From: an uncultured Candidatus Berkelbacteria bacterium | GTDB lineage: Bacteria; Patescibacteriota; UBA1384; UBA12157; JAENIV01 | Assembly (NCBI GenBank): GCA_963698075.1 | Contig: OY969116.1 | Location: 734,131-798,130 of the forward strand | Reading direction: 5' to 3' | DNA: 64,000 nucleotides | Shown: piece by piece, positions 37,653 through 48,537 of the stretch | Layout: the number at the start of each line of letters is the position of its first letter | Numbering within the stretch: the first letter of the stretch is position 1 | Made by a program: the position numbers and the translations under genes | The notes under the pieces: model-generated | The model's database searches: none | Seen by the model: the letters and a program-made list of their open reading frames with translations, nothing else | What the model was told of the DNA's origin: nothing

Positions 37653-38375
37653 TTGAGCATGCGATTAACGGTCATTATTCCGGCTTTTAATGAAGAAGGG
37701 CGCTTGCCGGAAACTTTAACTAAAGTCCGGAACTATTTGAATCACCAGCCTTATAGCTGGGAGGTTTTGGTAGTTAATGATGGCTCGAAGGATGGGACTG
37801 CCGCAGTGGTGACAGATTTGATTAAAGAATGGAGCGGATTCCGTCTCATCGATAATAAAGAAAACAAAGGTAAGGGTGGCGTGGTCAAGCAGGGGATGAT
37901 GGCGGCGAAAGGCGATTGGCGGCTTTTTATGGACGCCGATAATTCAACTGATATTTCGGAAATTGAAAAATTATGGGCTTATACCAAAGATTATGAAGTT
38001 GTTATCGGCTCCCGTTATTTAAAAGCTGATTCTATCAAAATCAAACAGTCGTTTTTAAGAAGAATGGTTTCGCGAATGGGAAATTGGCTAATTAGGGTGT
38101 TATTGGGATTAGATATCGTTGACACGCAGTGCGGTTTTAAGCTCTTTTCCGCTAAAGCCGCCGAGGAGATTTTCTCCAAACAAACTATCATGCGCTGGGG
38201 ATTTGATATGGAAATTTTGGCGATTGCCGTAAAGCACGGCTACGAAATCAAAGAAGTCGCGGTTGACTGGTATGATGCCGAAGGTTCTCAAGTCAAAAAA
38301 TCCGCGGCATTAAAAACTTTAAAAGAACTCTTGATTATTAAGTGGAATCTAATTCGGGGAAAGTACTCCAAGTGA
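37653..38375 (+). CDS. GT2 polyprenol-phosphate glycosyltransferase (Dpm1/GtrB-like)
   Basis: LTVIIPAFNEEGRL...VVNDGSKDGT...MDADNS. Confidence 0.8.
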   Translation: MSMRLTVIIPAFNEEGRLPETLTKVRNYLNHQPYSWEVLVVNDGSKDGTAAVVTDLIKEWSGFRLIDNKENKGKGGVVKQGMMAAKGDWRLFMDADNSTDISEIEKLWAYTKDYEVVIGSRYLKADSIKIKQSFLRRMVSRMGNWLIRVLLGLDIVDTQCGFKLFSAKAAEEIFSKQTIMRWGFDMEILAIAVKHGYEIKEVAVDWYDAEGSQVKKSAALKTLKELLIIKWNLIRGKYSK

Positions 38376-38473
38376 ATAAAAAGTAATTTCGTTCTATCAA
38401 TTTTCTTGACCGAAATTATATTATAGTGTACTATTAGTGGCTGATTCCAGTACGCGAAGAAAGGAAGCCGAGC

Positions 38474-38974
38474 ATGAGCAATTCGACTGCAGCACCCGAA
38501 GTGACGCAGGAGGCGGCCGGCCATTTCGGCATCGGAACGAAACATCCTGGTGGCGACATGACGCTCTTGATGATACCAGCCGTCCCGGAGCAGTTCGATC
38601 TGGATTCTCTGAACGCACGGATCGACCCCAATGGTTATCTTGTCATCGACGCCGAGCGAGGTGAGTCGAAACTTCACTTGGTTCTACCGGCTGATGAGAC
38701 GAAGATGACGGAAGTGACAATGTTCACACCGCAGCCCGAGACCGAGTTACAGTGGGTTCTCCACGCGAGGTGGAGCGGTGAACATTTCACCTTCGTGCTC
38801 AACCCAAACTTCATGAAGCTGTGCCAGCCTGGCTTGGCGCTCTACGTGCTCACCGAGCATTTGGCCAAGTGCTTGACCAAAGCCATGATCGACGACATCG
38901 CCAGATTCTGTACCAGCAGGTCTGGCTACTACGCAGACTTCGGTCGGCTTATTTCAGAGCTGTCGGCGCGGTGA
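38474..38974 (+). CDS. hypothetical protein, orphan high-GC (~58%) gene with own promoter and terminator
   Basis: promoter-like TTGACC/TATAGT and RBS AAAGGAAG upstream; perfect terminator downstream. Confidence 0.5.
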   Translation: MSNSTAAPEVTQEAAGHFGIGTKHPGGDMTLLMIPAVPEQFDLDSLNARIDPNGYLVIDAERGESKLHLVLPADETKMTEVTMFTPQPETELQWVLHARWSGEHFTFVLNPNFMKLCQPGLALYVLTEHLAKCLTKAMIDDIARFCTSRSGYYADFGRLISELSAR

Positions 38975-38992
38975 GGAATCGAAGTATGCATT

Positions 38993-39030
38993 GGCGGCGG
39001 AAACGCAGTTTCCGCCGCCTCTTTTGTTTA
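38993..39030 (+). terminator. rho-independent terminator GGCGGCGGAAAC-gca-GTTTCCGCCGCC + TCTTTTGTTTATT
   Basis: perfect 12-bp stem and T-tail. Confidence 0.7.
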
Positions 39031-39063
39031 TTAGGTGCATTTGATTCGGGAAAAATATTCATA

Positions 39064-39090
39064 AACATCGATTAAAAATTAATCGTAGTT
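39064..39090. repeat. AT-rich palindrome family copy 3 (AACATCGATTAAAAATTAATCGTAGTT)
   Basis: read directly, immediately after orphan-gene terminator. Confidence 0.5.
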
Positions 39091-39157
39091 GGTAAAAGAC
39101 ACTCTAAGTACAAATTAATCTCTGGTAAAAAGGAATCGTTTCTGGTATATTTGCCCT

Positions 39158-39565
39158 ATGAGAGAGCTTATCCACCGTCGCGGAGTGCGGCAGTTTGTTA
39201 AATTTGGCATTGTCGGGGCGTCGTCGACCATAATTGATTGGGGAATCTATTTATTATTAACGCGAATTTTCGGGCTCTTCTATCTTATGGCTAAAATCCT
39301 CTCATTTGGAGTGGCGGTTTTGAATTCTTACATCTGGAATCGGCGTTGGACCTTTCGTTCTAATGATCCTCGTAAACTCAAGCAATTTATCAAATTTTTG
39401 ACTATTTCGATGGTTGGTTTAGTTTTGAATTCAACCATCATGTTTATCGCTGTTAGTAAAATTAAGCTACATGATATTTATGGTCTTGTTTTGGCTACCG
39501 CGATAGTTTTAATATGGAATTTTTTGGCGAATAAATATTATACCTTCAAGGAGTCGCAGGCATGA
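39158..39565 (+). CDS. GtrA-family small membrane protein
   Basis: FVKFGIVGASSTIIDWGIYLLL; four TM; typical partner of GT2/GT-C. Confidence 0.7.
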   Translation: MRELIHRRGVRQFVKFGIVGASSTIIDWGIYLLLTRIFGLFYLMAKILSFGVAVLNSYIWNRRWTFRSNDPRKLKQFIKFLTISMVGLVLNSTIMFIAVSKIKLHDIYGLVLATAIVLIWNFLANKYYTFKESQA

Positions 39566-40692
39566 GGATCGGCATAGACGCAAGAATGTTTCGTTCAAGC
39601 ACGGCCGGCATTGGCAGATATTCTCAGAATTTAATCAAAAAACTATTAGAGATTGATCATAAAAATCAATATGTTTTATTTATGACACCGGCCGATTATG
39701 AAGAGTTCAAAAATCAAAAATCAAAAATCAAAATGACAAATCAAAATGTAAAAATTAAAGTCACAAATATACCGCATTATAGCATCGCGGAGCAGACAAA
39801 ATTAGCGAATATTATCGCCAAAGAAAAATGTGATCTTGTCCACTTTCTTAATTTTAATTATCCGGTGAAATATCGCGGCAAGTTTATGGTGACAATTCAT
39901 GATTTGACGTTGCTTTTTTATCCGGAGGCAGCCAACAAAACCAACTTGACCAAAAAGTGGGCTTTCAAATATGTTTTTGCTAAGGCCTGCCGAAATTCAA
40001 GCCGGATTATCGCGGTGAGCGAAAACACGAAAAATGATATCGTCAAGACATTTCATATCGCGCCGGAAAAAATCAAGGTTATCCACGAAGCGGCAGATGA
40101 TAAATTACATAAGGACATAAAAACCGAAGACATAAGAACTTTAAAACAAAAATACAATATTAAAGGACCAGTTATCCTTTATGTTGGACAATTTCGTAAG
40201 CATAAAAACATCGAGGGATTGCTTAAAGCGTATGAAATTATTAAAAAGAAGTTGTCAGTTAGATTAGTTTTGGTGGGAAAAGTCACCGAAGAAATTAAAA
40301 ATTACATTGACAGCAAACCTGAAATAAGAGATACTTTAATGCCAGGCTTTGTTTCGGACGCTGAATTAGCCGCTTGGTATAAACTGGCGTCAGTTTTTGT
40401 TTTCCCTTCATTATATGAAGGTTTTGGTCTGCCGGGATTGGAGGCAATGATTGCCGGCGTGCCGGTTGTTTCATCGAAGGGGGCATCTTTACCCGAGATT
40501 TATCAAGACGCCGCTTTATATTTTGACCCCTTAAAACCGAAAGAGATTGCTGATAAAATAAAAACAGTGATAAGTGATAAAGTGATTAGTGATCAGTTGA
40601 TAGAAAAAGGCAAAATCCAGGCGAAGAAATATTCTTGGTCTAAAACTGCCGAAGAAACATTGAAAATATACCAAAAATTACGGGAGGAATAA
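39562..40692 (+). CDS. glycosyltransferase family 4
   Basis: [20 protein letters not shown] motif. Confidence 0.8.
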   Translation: MRIGIDARMFRSSTAGIGRYSQNLIKKLLEIDHKNQYVLFMTPADYEEFKNQKSKIKMTNQNVKIKVTNIPHYSIAEQTKLANIIAKEKCDLVHFLNFNYPVKYRGKFMVTIHDLTLLFYPEAANKTNLTKKWAFKYVFAKACRNSSRIIAVSENTKNDIVKTFHIAPEKIKVIHEAADDKLHKDIKTEDIRTLKQKYNIKGPVILYVGQFRKHKNIEGLLKAYEIIKKKLSVRLVLVGKVTEEIKNYIDSKPEIRDTLMPGFVSDAELAAWYKLASVFVFPSLYEGFGLPGLEAMIAGVPVVSSKGASLPEIYQDAALYFDPLKPKEIADKIKTVISDKVISDQLIEKGKIQAKKYSWSKTAEETLKIYQKLREE

Positions 40693-42683
40693 TGTCTATT
40701 GACAACCTGGCTTTTTTCATTGCTCTTGGCTCAGCTGGCTTAGGGATCATTTACGGTCTTATTTTAATCTGGCAAGTCCTCAAAGCTGACCCTGGCTCGG
40801 CCAAAATGCAGGAAATCGCCACGGCCATCCAGCAAGGCGCCAAGGCCTATTTAAATCGCCAGTATAAAACTGTGGCAATTATTGCGGTGATTTTGGCAAT
40901 AATTTTATGGCTGGCGCTGGGACCGAAAACAGCTATTGGTTTTTTAATCGGGGCGATTTTTTCGGCTTTAGCCGGCTACATTGGCATGAACGTTGCGGTC
41001 CGCGCCAATGTCCGGACGGCTCAAGCCGCATCGAGGGGGTTAAAACCGGCGTTGACGCTGGCTTTTCGGGGCGGCGCGGTGACCGGTTTATTGGTGGTGG
41101 GTTTGGGTCTTTTGGGCGTGGCCGGATATTATATGATTACCAAAGACATTTCCGCTTTAATCGGCCTAGGATTTGGGGGCTCGCTGATTTCGATTTTTGC
41201 CCGTTTAGGCGGTGGAATTTATACCAAAGCGGCTGATGTTGGCGCGGATTTAGTCGGTAAAGTTGAAGCTGGTATTCCTGAAGATGATCCGCGGAACCCT
41301 GCTGTTATTGCCGACAACGTCGGCGATAATGTCGGCGACTGCGCCGGCATGGCCGCGGATTTATTTGAAACTTATGCGGTGACAGCGATTGCGGTGATGC
41401 TTTTGGGCTCATTGACTTTTACTTCCGATAATGCCATTTTATTTCCCTTGGCGCTCGGCGGGATCGCCATCATCGCTTCAATTTTGGGAACATTTTTTGT
41501 CCGATTAAGTGGTCAGAATATTATGAACGCGCTTTATAAAGGACTGGCTGCGAGTGCGATTTTGGCGGCCATTGGCTTTTATTTCGCCACTCGCTATTTC
41601 ATGACTGGAATAACCGATATCAATAATCTTTATTTTACCAGTTTGATCGGCATTGCGGTGACGATGCTGATGGTGATTATTACCGAATATTACACTTCGA
41701 CCAAATACAAACCAGTCAAAACGATCGCCCAGGCCTCAACCACTGGCCATGGGACAAATATCATTGCCGGCTTAGCCACTTCGATGAAAGCGACCGCTTG
41801 GCCGATTTTGGTGATTTCAGCCGGCATTTTAGCCGCTTATCATTTTGCTGGTTTGTATGGCATTGCCGTCGCTGCTTTTTCGATGCTTTCCATGACCGGG
41901 ATTATTGTTGCTATTGATTCCTATGGCCCAATTACTGATAACGCCGGCGGGATTGCCGAAATGGCAGATTTGCCGGAATCAGTTCGTAAAGTGACCGATC
42001 CATTGGATGCGGTCGGCAATACCACCAAAGCAGTTACTAAGGGTTATGCGATTGCCTCAGCCGGCCTGGCGGCTTTGGTTTTGTTTGCGGCATATATCCA
42101 AGAACTTACCGTGGCGCATGGCCAGTTGCTATTCGAACTTTCCAATCCTCGCTTGCTCGTTGGCTTGTTTATAGGCGGTCTCCTACCATATTTGTTTGGC
42201 GCCTTATCGATGGAAGCTGTGGGCCGAGCCGCCGGCGCGGTAGTCATTGAAGTCCGTCGACAGTTTAAAGAAATCAAGGGTTTAATGGAAGGCAAAGCCA
42301 AACCGGATTATTCCAAAGCCGTAGATATTGTGACGCGCGGGGCTTTAAAACAGATGATTGTGCCGGCTTTAATCCCAGTTTTAATGCCGATTATTGTTGG
42401 ATTTATTTTAGGCCCAATTGCCTTGGGAGGGATGCTTGTTGGCTCAATCGTCACCGGTCTTTTTGTCGCCATTTCGATGACCACCGGTGGGGCCGCTTGG
42501 GATAATGCCAAAAAATATATTGAGGAAGGCAATTTAGGCGGTAAGGGGAGTCCGGCCCATCAAGCCGCAGTGACTGGCGATACGGTCGGCGATCCCTACA
42601 AAGACACCGCCGGGCCAGCGATCAATCCCATGATTAAAATCTTAAATATCGTAGCGCTGTTGATAGTTAAGTTTTTAAGATGA
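40692..42683 (+). CDS. hppA: membrane-bound ion-translocating pyrophosphatase
   Basis: [47 protein letters not shown] signature motifs. Confidence 0.92.
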   Translation: MSIDNLAFFIALGSAGLGIIYGLILIWQVLKADPGSAKMQEIATAIQQGAKAYLNRQYKTVAIIAVILAIILWLALGPKTAIGFLIGAIFSALAGYIGMNVAVRANVRTAQAASRGLKPALTLAFRGGAVTGLLVVGLGLLGVAGYYMITKDISALIGLGFGGSLISIFARLGGGIYTKAADVGADLVGKVEAGIPEDDPRNPAVIADNVGDNVGDCAGMAADLFETYAVTAIAVMLLGSLTFTSDNAILFPLALGGIAIIASILGTFFVRLSGQNIMNALYKGLAASAILAAIGFYFATRYFMTGITDINNLYFTSLIGIAVTMLMVIITEYYTSTKYKPVKTIAQASTTGHGTNIIAGLATSMKATAWPILVISAGILAAYHFAGLYGIAVAAFSMLSMTGIIVAIDSYGPITDNAGGIAEMADLPESVRKVTDPLDAVGNTTKAVTKGYAIASAGLAALVLFAAYIQELTVAHGQLLFELSNPRLLVGLFIGGLLPYLFGALSMEAVGRAAGAVVIEVRRQFKEIKGLMEGKAKPDYSKAVDIVTRGALKQMIVPALIPVLMPIIVGFILGPIALGGMLVGSIVTGLFVAISMTTGGAAWDNAKKYIEEGNLGGKGSPAHQAAVTGDTVGDPYKDTAGPAINPMIKILNIVALLIVKFLR

Positions 42684-42684
42684 T

Positions 42685-42921
42685 ATGACCATAAAAGGTC
42701 TTGAAGTAAAAGTTATTGCCAAAAAGGGGAAATTAGCCGAAATTGAAATTGAGGGTCCCGAAGGGGCAAGTCAAAAAATCAGCGTCCCACAAGATTTTTT
42801 ACCGGCCAATTTTGAAGTCGGTCAAATTTTTAGCCTTTATTTTATGAATTCCCAAGAAGGCACCTTGCAAGAGAAAAAATTAGCTAAAGCCATTTTGGAA
42901 GAGATTTTAAATGGCAAATAA
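42685..42921 (+). CDS. small hypothetical protein (78 aa)
   Basis: ORF tightly packed between hppA and VanW genes. Confidence 0.4.
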   Translation: MTIKGLEVKVIAKKGKLAEIEIEGPEGASQKISVPQDFLPANFEVGQIFSLYFMNSQEGTLQEKKLAKAILEEILNGK

Positions 42922-44872
42922 TTTTTACAAAAAATTTAACTTAAAAAAAATTGGCAAAATTTTGCGCCAATTTGGGCGAAGTAAATTTATCCATCGAGCC
43001 CTAATCGCCTCGGGCTTAATTGTAGTTTTTGTTGCCATTCTTTTTACTGTCTTTAACTTAATTTATAATCATCGAATCCTGCCCCACACTTACATCGGTC
43101 AGACAAATTTCGGTGGACAAAGAAGAGAAGCGGCGCTTGGTATACTCGAGGAACTCGAAAATCAAAGCGAGAATGGCCGCCTTAACTTTAACTGGAACGA
43201 TAAAGATTATGTCTTAACGAGAAATGATCTTGAAGTTGATTGGCAAGTCAGGAATCAAGAAACTTTAGATCGCTTATTTGCTGTTGGTCGTTCAGGTTCA
43301 ATCGTCCAAATTCTCAAAGAACAAACCCGCGCCGCCTTTGGTCGAAATCAGGTTTTTGCCGCCTTTTTTTATGCCGAAGAAAAGTTAGCAGATTTTTTAA
43401 AAACGATCGCCGGCGATATTGATAAACCAGAAAAAGATGCCTCAATTGTCATCAAGGATAATAAACCAGAAATAATCCCTGAAGAAATTGGGCAAAAATT
43501 TCCCCTCGATGATAATCAAAGAATTGCCCTTGAGACAATCGGCAGTTTTAATTTTTCCGCAAGAACCCCCTTTCTAGTAATTAAGATCAATCCTAAAGTC
43601 ACCACTTTGGGTGCCCAGGCCGCTTTGGCGCAAACCGAGCTACTTCTTTCCAGGCATTTAATTTTAAAAGCTGGAGATAAAACTTTTCAACTTTATCCCA
43701 AAGATGTTGCCGATTTTATTGGCTTTGTGACCATTTTCGGCAACAAGGGTGTTTTGGGAGAGCAAAGCGAGCAAAAAAACACTGCCCAAGATTTTGTTAT
43801 TCCTTATACTCTTTCGCCTGAACTTTCATCCGATAAAATCGGAGCTTATGTCCAAAAAATCGCCGCCGAAATCGACCAAGAAGCCAAAGATGCCAAATTT
43901 GAAGTCTCGGACGGCCGGGTCCGCGCTTTTCAGATTGCCCAAACCGGTTACGCCCTTGATAAAGAAAAAGCCACCTCCGTTATTATTGAAGCTTTGAAAA
44001 ATGGCGATCCCTCCGTTGAATTGCCCGTTAAGGTGACCGAGCCGGCAATCACGGAAACTGCCAGTCAGGGGATCAAAGATTTAATCGGCGAGGGCCGGAC
44101 ATCTTGGAGAGGGTCGCCCTCAAACCGCATTCACAATCTTACCCTCGGCGCCAATAATATTTCTGGAAATATCGTCATGCCTGGGCAAGAATTTTCCGCC
44201 CTTAAAGCCATTGGTCACGTTGGTCCCTCAACTGGGTTCTTACAGGAATTGGTCATTAAAAACAGCACCCGCGTCGAACCCGAATACGGCGGCGGGCTTT
44301 GTCAGGTTTCAACAACTTTATTTCGGGCGGTTATAAATTCCGGGCTGAAGGTGACTGCCCGAACGCCGCATTCATTCCGAGTTAGTTATTATGAACCGCC
44401 GGTGGGGATGGATGCGACGATTTATGATCCAGCGCCAGATTTTAAGTTTATCAACGATATGAAAACGCCAATTTTAATTTGGGCCATCGCCGGTAATAAT
44501 AGCTTAGTTTTTCAAATCTACGGCACCAAAGATGGCCGGAAAATTGAGATTTCCAATCCCGTAACCTACGATTATGTCTCAGCTGGTGACTCGATATATA
44601 CCGAATCGCCGAGCATGGAAGCCGGGGCGATACGCCAGGTCGAAAGAGCCACCTCCGGCTGTACAGCATCTTTTACTTATCATGTTACCTCGGCCGACGG
44701 AACAGTTTTAGAAAATGAGACCTATGTTAGTAAATATGTTCCAATTCCCAACAGTTATTTGTATGGTCCGGGGACAACGGGGATTCCGGGTCAGGAAACA
44801 CCCCCACCGACGCCTCAAACTTCGCCTACGCCCACGCCAAAGCCTAGCCCCACAAAAACAATTAAAAAATAG
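42911..44872 (+). CDS. VanW-domain protein with N-terminal TM and Pro/Thr-rich C-terminus
   Basis: GGGLCQVSTTLFRAV VanW core motif. Confidence 0.8.
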   Translation: MANNFYKKFNLKKIGKILRQFGRSKFIHRALIASGLIVVFVAILFTVFNLIYNHRILPHTYIGQTNFGGQRREAALGILEELENQSENGRLNFNWNDKDYVLTRNDLEVDWQVRNQETLDRLFAVGRSGSIVQILKEQTRAAFGRNQVFAAFFYAEEKLADFLKTIAGDIDKPEKDASIVIKDNKPEIIPEEIGQKFPLDDNQRIALETIGSFNFSARTPFLVIKINPKVTTLGAQAALAQTELLLSRHLILKAGDKTFQLYPKDVADFIGFVTIFGNKGVLGEQSEQKNTAQDFVIPYTLSPELSSDKIGAYVQKIAAEIDQEAKDAKFEVSDGRVRAFQIAQTGYALDKEKATSVIIEALKNGDPSVELPVKVTEPAITETASQGIKDLIGEGRTSWRGSPSNRIHNLTLGANNISGNIVMPGQEFSALKAIGHVGPSTGFLQELVIKNSTRVEPEYGGGLCQVSTTLFRAVINSGLKVTARTPHSFRVSYYEPPVGMDATIYDPAPDFKFINDMKTPILIWAIAGNNSLVFQIYGTKDGRKIEISNPVTYDYVSAGDSIYTESPSMEAGAIRQVERATSGCTASFTYHVTSADGTVLENETYVSKYVPIPNSYLYGPGTTGIPGQETPPPTPQTSPTPTPKPSPTKTIKK

Positions 44873-44940
44873 ATTAATTTAATCATCTACTCGCGGCCTC
44901 GCCAACACTTATCGGGATGAAAATCCCCCTAAGTTCTGGC

Positions 44941-45150
44941 TCAGGGGGAATCGTTGACGGGTTCGATTGCATCTTGGTGAAAGGTGAGGTGAATTTCTTC
45001 GTCTGGATAACCAGGTTCTTTTAGGATCAATCTGACGATCAAATAAGACCCTCTGGAACCAACAATCTCACCTATCCTCCCGTCGGCCCGGATCCTAACC
45101 TTTTGCGGCGACTCATTATCCTCTGGCATTTCCTCTCTCCCAGATGTCAT
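44941..45150 (-). CDS. small hypothetical protein (69 aa)
   Basis: ORF with hairpin TCCCCCT..AGGGGGA downstream; weak. Confidence 0.3.
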   Translation of the reverse strand: MTSGREEMPEDNESPQKVRIRADGRIGEIVGSRGSYLIVRLILKEPGYPDEEIHLTFHQDAIEPVNDSP

Positions 45151-45235
45151 CTCTCTTAGACTAAAAACCTAAATCAAAAAATTGTCAAATTAATTAATCA
45201 TTGTCAAATAGAGTCTTTAAATATAGTATAAAAAT

Positions 45236-46579
45236 ATGGATCCAAAAATTTTCAAAGCCTATGACATTCGCGGCATTTATCCCGAAGAGATTAATGATGA
45301 TTTGGCTTACAGAATCGCCCAAGCTTATGTGCGATTAGTTGAACCGAAGGGCAAAGTCGCCGTCGGTTTTGATGTTCGAGCCTGTTCCAAAAAGATGCAT
45401 AAAAAGGTCATTGAAGGACTAATCAATGCTAGTGTTGAAGTTATTGACATCGGACTTTCCTCGACCGAAGAAATTTATTTTAGCGTCGGTTTTTACCATC
45501 TCGCTGGGGGGATTCACGTGACTGCCTCCCATAACCCCAAAGAATGGGGCGGGATGAAAATGACGCGCGAGCAAGTCATTCCTTTAACTGGTGAGAGCGG
45601 TATTTATGAAATTCGCGATTTGATTATTGCTGGAAAAGACAAAGTTTCCTCTATCAAAAAAGGAAAAGTTGAAAAAAGGAATGTTTTAAAAGACTATGTC
45701 AAATTTTGTCTTGACTTTATTGACGCCAAATCTATTAAACCGATGAAGCTGGTTTTTAATCCCAACTTTGGTTTTCAGGGCGAAGTCTTGAAAAAAGCGG
45801 TTGAAGTCGGCAAATTGCCTTTAAATTTGATTGGTCTCAACGATACTCCGGATGGCACTTTTCCCAAAGGTCGACCAGATCCATTTCGGCCAGAGAATCG
45901 ACCAGAATTTGTTAAGTTAGTAAAATCGTCAAAAGCTGATTTGGGCGTGGCTTGGGATGCGGATGCCGACAGGGTATTCTTTTGTACCGGTTCTGGCGTT
46001 TTTGTCGAACCATATTACATGAACGCTCTATTGATTAAAGCCATGCTGAAAAAATATCCGGCTAGTAAAATTGTCTATGACCCGCGTTATACTTGGGCTT
46101 TGATTGATTCAGCCAATGAAAATGGCGGCCAAGCTGTCATTTCTAAAGTCGGCCATTCCTATATTAAAGAGATTATGCGTAAACAAGACGCCATTTTTTG
46201 CGGTGAATCCAGCGGCCACACCTATTTCAAAAATTTCTGGTATGCCGATTCGGGGATGATTCCTTTAATGATGGTTTTGGAGATGGTTTCCAAAGAGGGG
46301 GATTTAGATAAACTATTAGTGTCGTATTTTGAGAAATATTTCATTTCTGGAGAAAGTAATTATGAGGTTAAAGATCAAAATGCGTTGGTAGCCAAGCTCA
46401 AAGAGAAATATGCGGATGGCCAACAATCAGAAGTTGATGGTTTGTCAGTCGAATATCCTGATTGGCGATTTAATGTTCGTCCTTCAAATACGGAACCGTT
46501 AGTGCGCTTAAATATTGAGGCCAAATCGCAAAAATTGGTTGATGAAAAGGTTAAAGAGTTGGAACATTTGATTAAATAA
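45236..46579 (+). CDS. phosphomannomutase/phosphoglucomutase (alpha-D-phosphohexomutase)
   Basis: active-site TASHNP, four-domain length. Confidence 0.85.
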   Translation: MDPKIFKAYDIRGIYPEEINDDLAYRIAQAYVRLVEPKGKVAVGFDVRACSKKMHKKVIEGLINASVEVIDIGLSSTEEIYFSVGFYHLAGGIHVTASHNPKEWGGMKMTREQVIPLTGESGIYEIRDLIIAGKDKVSSIKKGKVEKRNVLKDYVKFCLDFIDAKSIKPMKLVFNPNFGFQGEVLKKAVEVGKLPLNLIGLNDTPDGTFPKGRPDPFRPENRPEFVKLVKSSKADLGVAWDADADRVFFCTGSGVFVEPYYMNALLIKAMLKKYPASKIVYDPRYTWALIDSANENGGQAVISKVGHSYIKEIMRKQDAIFCGESSGHTYFKNFWYADSGMIPLMMVLEMVSKEGDLDKLLVSYFEKYFISGESNYEVKDQNALVAKLKEKYADGQQSEVDGLSVEYPDWRFNVRPSNTEPLVRLNIEAKSQKLVDEKVKELEHLIK

Positions 46580-46602
46580 TATTAAGTTCTCAAAAAAAAG
46601 AA

Positions 46603-46628
46603 ACGCCACGTCAAGGTTGACGTGGCGG
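46603..46628 (-). terminator. hairpin CGCCACGTCAA-gg-TTGACGTGGCG, T-run on minus strand
   Basis: perfect 11-bp stem; minus-strand tail TTTCTTTTTTTTG. Confidence 0.5.
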
Positions 46629-46838
46629 GGGTTGGGTCGATGTGAAATTGCTTCGTTAGTGCTTGTGGCACCGATTCGATCTATCGTCTCTTTCCTCTGC
46701 TCGAGGTTTTTGGACCTTGAACAGGCGTCCAACAGCCTATAGTTCGGGGTTTGCTTTCGAGAACTTGACGAAGATGTCTTCGTTTCTCCAATTCTTCCAA
46801 CTCTGCGCGGTTGATCTCTACGTCAGTGAGTTTCCTTC

Positions 46839-47246
46839 TCATCGTCTTTTACCTCCTTTAACAAGCTGCAGATTGCGTAGTCCGGCTTGGGGGACGAATT
46901 GACCACCGACTCGAGAGCCAAAAAGATAGCGAGGATGTGAAGAACATCTAAGAACCACTCCTTCAGTATCTGCCGGCTCAAGAATGTATCTTTCGTTAGC
47001 TGGTTTTGGTGGATTGTTGTGAAGGATAACCTTGCCAGCAAAAGGCAACCGTGACTCTTCGGTGGCTTCAAGATCCAGACTAACACATCGATGTTTGCCA
47101 CCTGCCTTTGCTTCACAGATGACGTATGACCCGAAGGGATGATTATTGCGCAAGATGGTGACAGGAAACAAAAAAGGGATTTCGAAGTTTCGCCAGCAAT
47201 CAGAATCTCGAAATTGGCCTGTCAGGGTGAATGGGCTTCTTACCAT
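46839..47246 (-). CDS. hypothetical protein (high GC)
   Basis: strong RBS GAGGAGGTGAG before ATG 47246. Confidence 0.5.
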   Translation of the reverse strand: MVRSPFTLTGQFRDSDCWRNFEIPFLFPVTILRNNHPFGSYVICEAKAGGKHRCVSLDLEATEESRLPFAGKVILHNNPPKPANERYILEPADTEGVVLRCSSHPRYLFGSRVGGQFVPQAGLRNLQLVKGGKRR

Positions 47247-47493
47247 CTCTCACCTCCTCAATCTTGTTGAGGTGCGGCTATTCCAACAAGCCCATGGCTT
47301 GATGAGATCATAATATCCTGTTCGGTTTTTCCAGTCAAGAGGGATTTGATAAACCGCCCCGGTAGAGGCGGTCAGTTCGATGGTTCTAACCGAGTCTGTT
47401 TCTATTCTCCCAGAATCTGACGAATCTCCAAATGATGTAGAAAGTAATAGCGGCGAAAAGGCAAGCAATAATGGCTGCTGGTAAACGGGGCAT

Positions 47494-47625
47494 TTATATA
47501 ACCTCGTCAGGATTCTGGCCATAATAGTCCGACCAATTCCAAATGATGTGCCAGATCAGCAAAAGAAAACCGGCGATTGGGATACTCAGGAGTAAGACTT
47601 TCAGAATAATGAGTTCTCTGCCCAT
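47494..47625 (-). CDS. small hydrophobic protein (43 aa), tentative
   Basis: RBS GGGAGGAAAGCG + ATG; MGRELIILKVLLLSIPIAGFLLLIWHIIW single TM; not in ORF track (<60 aa). Confidence 0.3.
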   Translation of the reverse strand: MGRELIILKVLLLSIPIAGFLLLIWHIIWNWSDYYGQNPDEVI

Positions 47626-47676
47626 CGCTTTCCTCCCTCTGGTGGTGGTGCGTCCCCCCTGTTAGTATCGAACTTC

Positions 47677-47889
47677 TCAAATATAGGTTAAAATTACCCA
47701 GATTGTCAATAAAATAAGGATAATAGAGAGAACTGTGATCATTAAACATTGTTTTGGCGTTTTAGAGTTATAACTTTCGTGATTTTTTTTAAGGCAAAAC
47801 CAAAAAATAAAACCAATTGAGGCCAAACTAAAAATAAACAATAGCCAATCAAACCATGGCAATCCGAAAAAAGACAAATTTGCCATCAT
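47677..47889 (-). CDS. small membrane protein (70 aa, two TM)
   Basis: RBS AGGAGGGG + ATGATG. Confidence 0.5.
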   Translation of the reverse strand: MMANLSFFGLPWFDWLLFIFSLASIGFIFWFCLKKNHESYNSKTPKQCLMITVLSIILILLTIWVILTYI

Positions 47890-47950
47890 CCCCTCCTAAA
47901 ACAATAACAATTATACCACTTCCGTATCACAACGGGAACTTCCGACGCAA

Positions 47951-48517
47951 TTATTGATTTACCATTAAGTAATTTAATTGATTTGTTTGAGTGCACCAAC
48001 CGAAAGTTGCTTCTTTGCCAATTTGGATATCTGATTGAGAAATTTTTTGACCTTGAGCATTATAAGCATCTACCGAGGAAGTATAAAAGGTCGTTGTGCC
48101 TGTTTTACCTGCTTCTTCCCAGTTAATTGTTATTGAAACATTTGGCTGGATGGCAGCGACGGTACCAGTACCGGTACCAACAGCCGGAGCTGGCCCTGGG
48201 CAAGCTCCTGATGATTTTGGTGTTGATGTTGTAGGGGAAGCAGTGTTTATAGGCGAGGGAGTTATTGAAACTGATTTAACCGGACTTGGGCTCGGGCTGG
48301 GGGTTTTATTTTTAGAATTATTGTGTAAAACCAGTACCATTGCCAGGATAATGCCGATAATGGGAATCGCTAGGATATAAATTAGAATCCGAATTACAAC
48401 CCAAACTGATTTGTTTGGATCTTTTTGTTGAGATGGTTGATTTTGATTTGGGATTTGATCCTGAGGGGAGGGATAAATATTTTGATTGGGATTTTGAGGT
48501 GATGGTTGTTGATTCAC
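47951..48517 (-). CDS. membrane-anchored Pro/Gln/Thr-rich hypothetical protein
   Basis: low-complexity N-terminus, one TM, PSPSPSP linker. Confidence 0.5.
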   Translation of the reverse strand: MNQQPSPQNPNQNIYPSPQDQIPNQNQPSQQKDPNKSVWVVIRILIYILAIPIIGIILAMVLVLHNNSKNKTPSPSPSPVKSVSITPSPINTASPTTSTPKSSGACPGPAPAVGTGTGTVAAIQPNVSITINWEEAGKTGTTTFYTSSVDAYNAQGQKISQSDIQIGKEATFGWCTQTNQLNYLMVNQ

Positions 48518-48537
48518 AATGTCTCCTTAAAAAGTTT

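Noticed and set aside
38288-38677. 129-aa minus-strand ORF overlapping the orphan high-GC gene (and nested ORFs 38421-38664)
   Set aside because: These are shadow ORFs typical of high-GC coding DNA. The plus-strand gene has a promoter, RBS and terminator.
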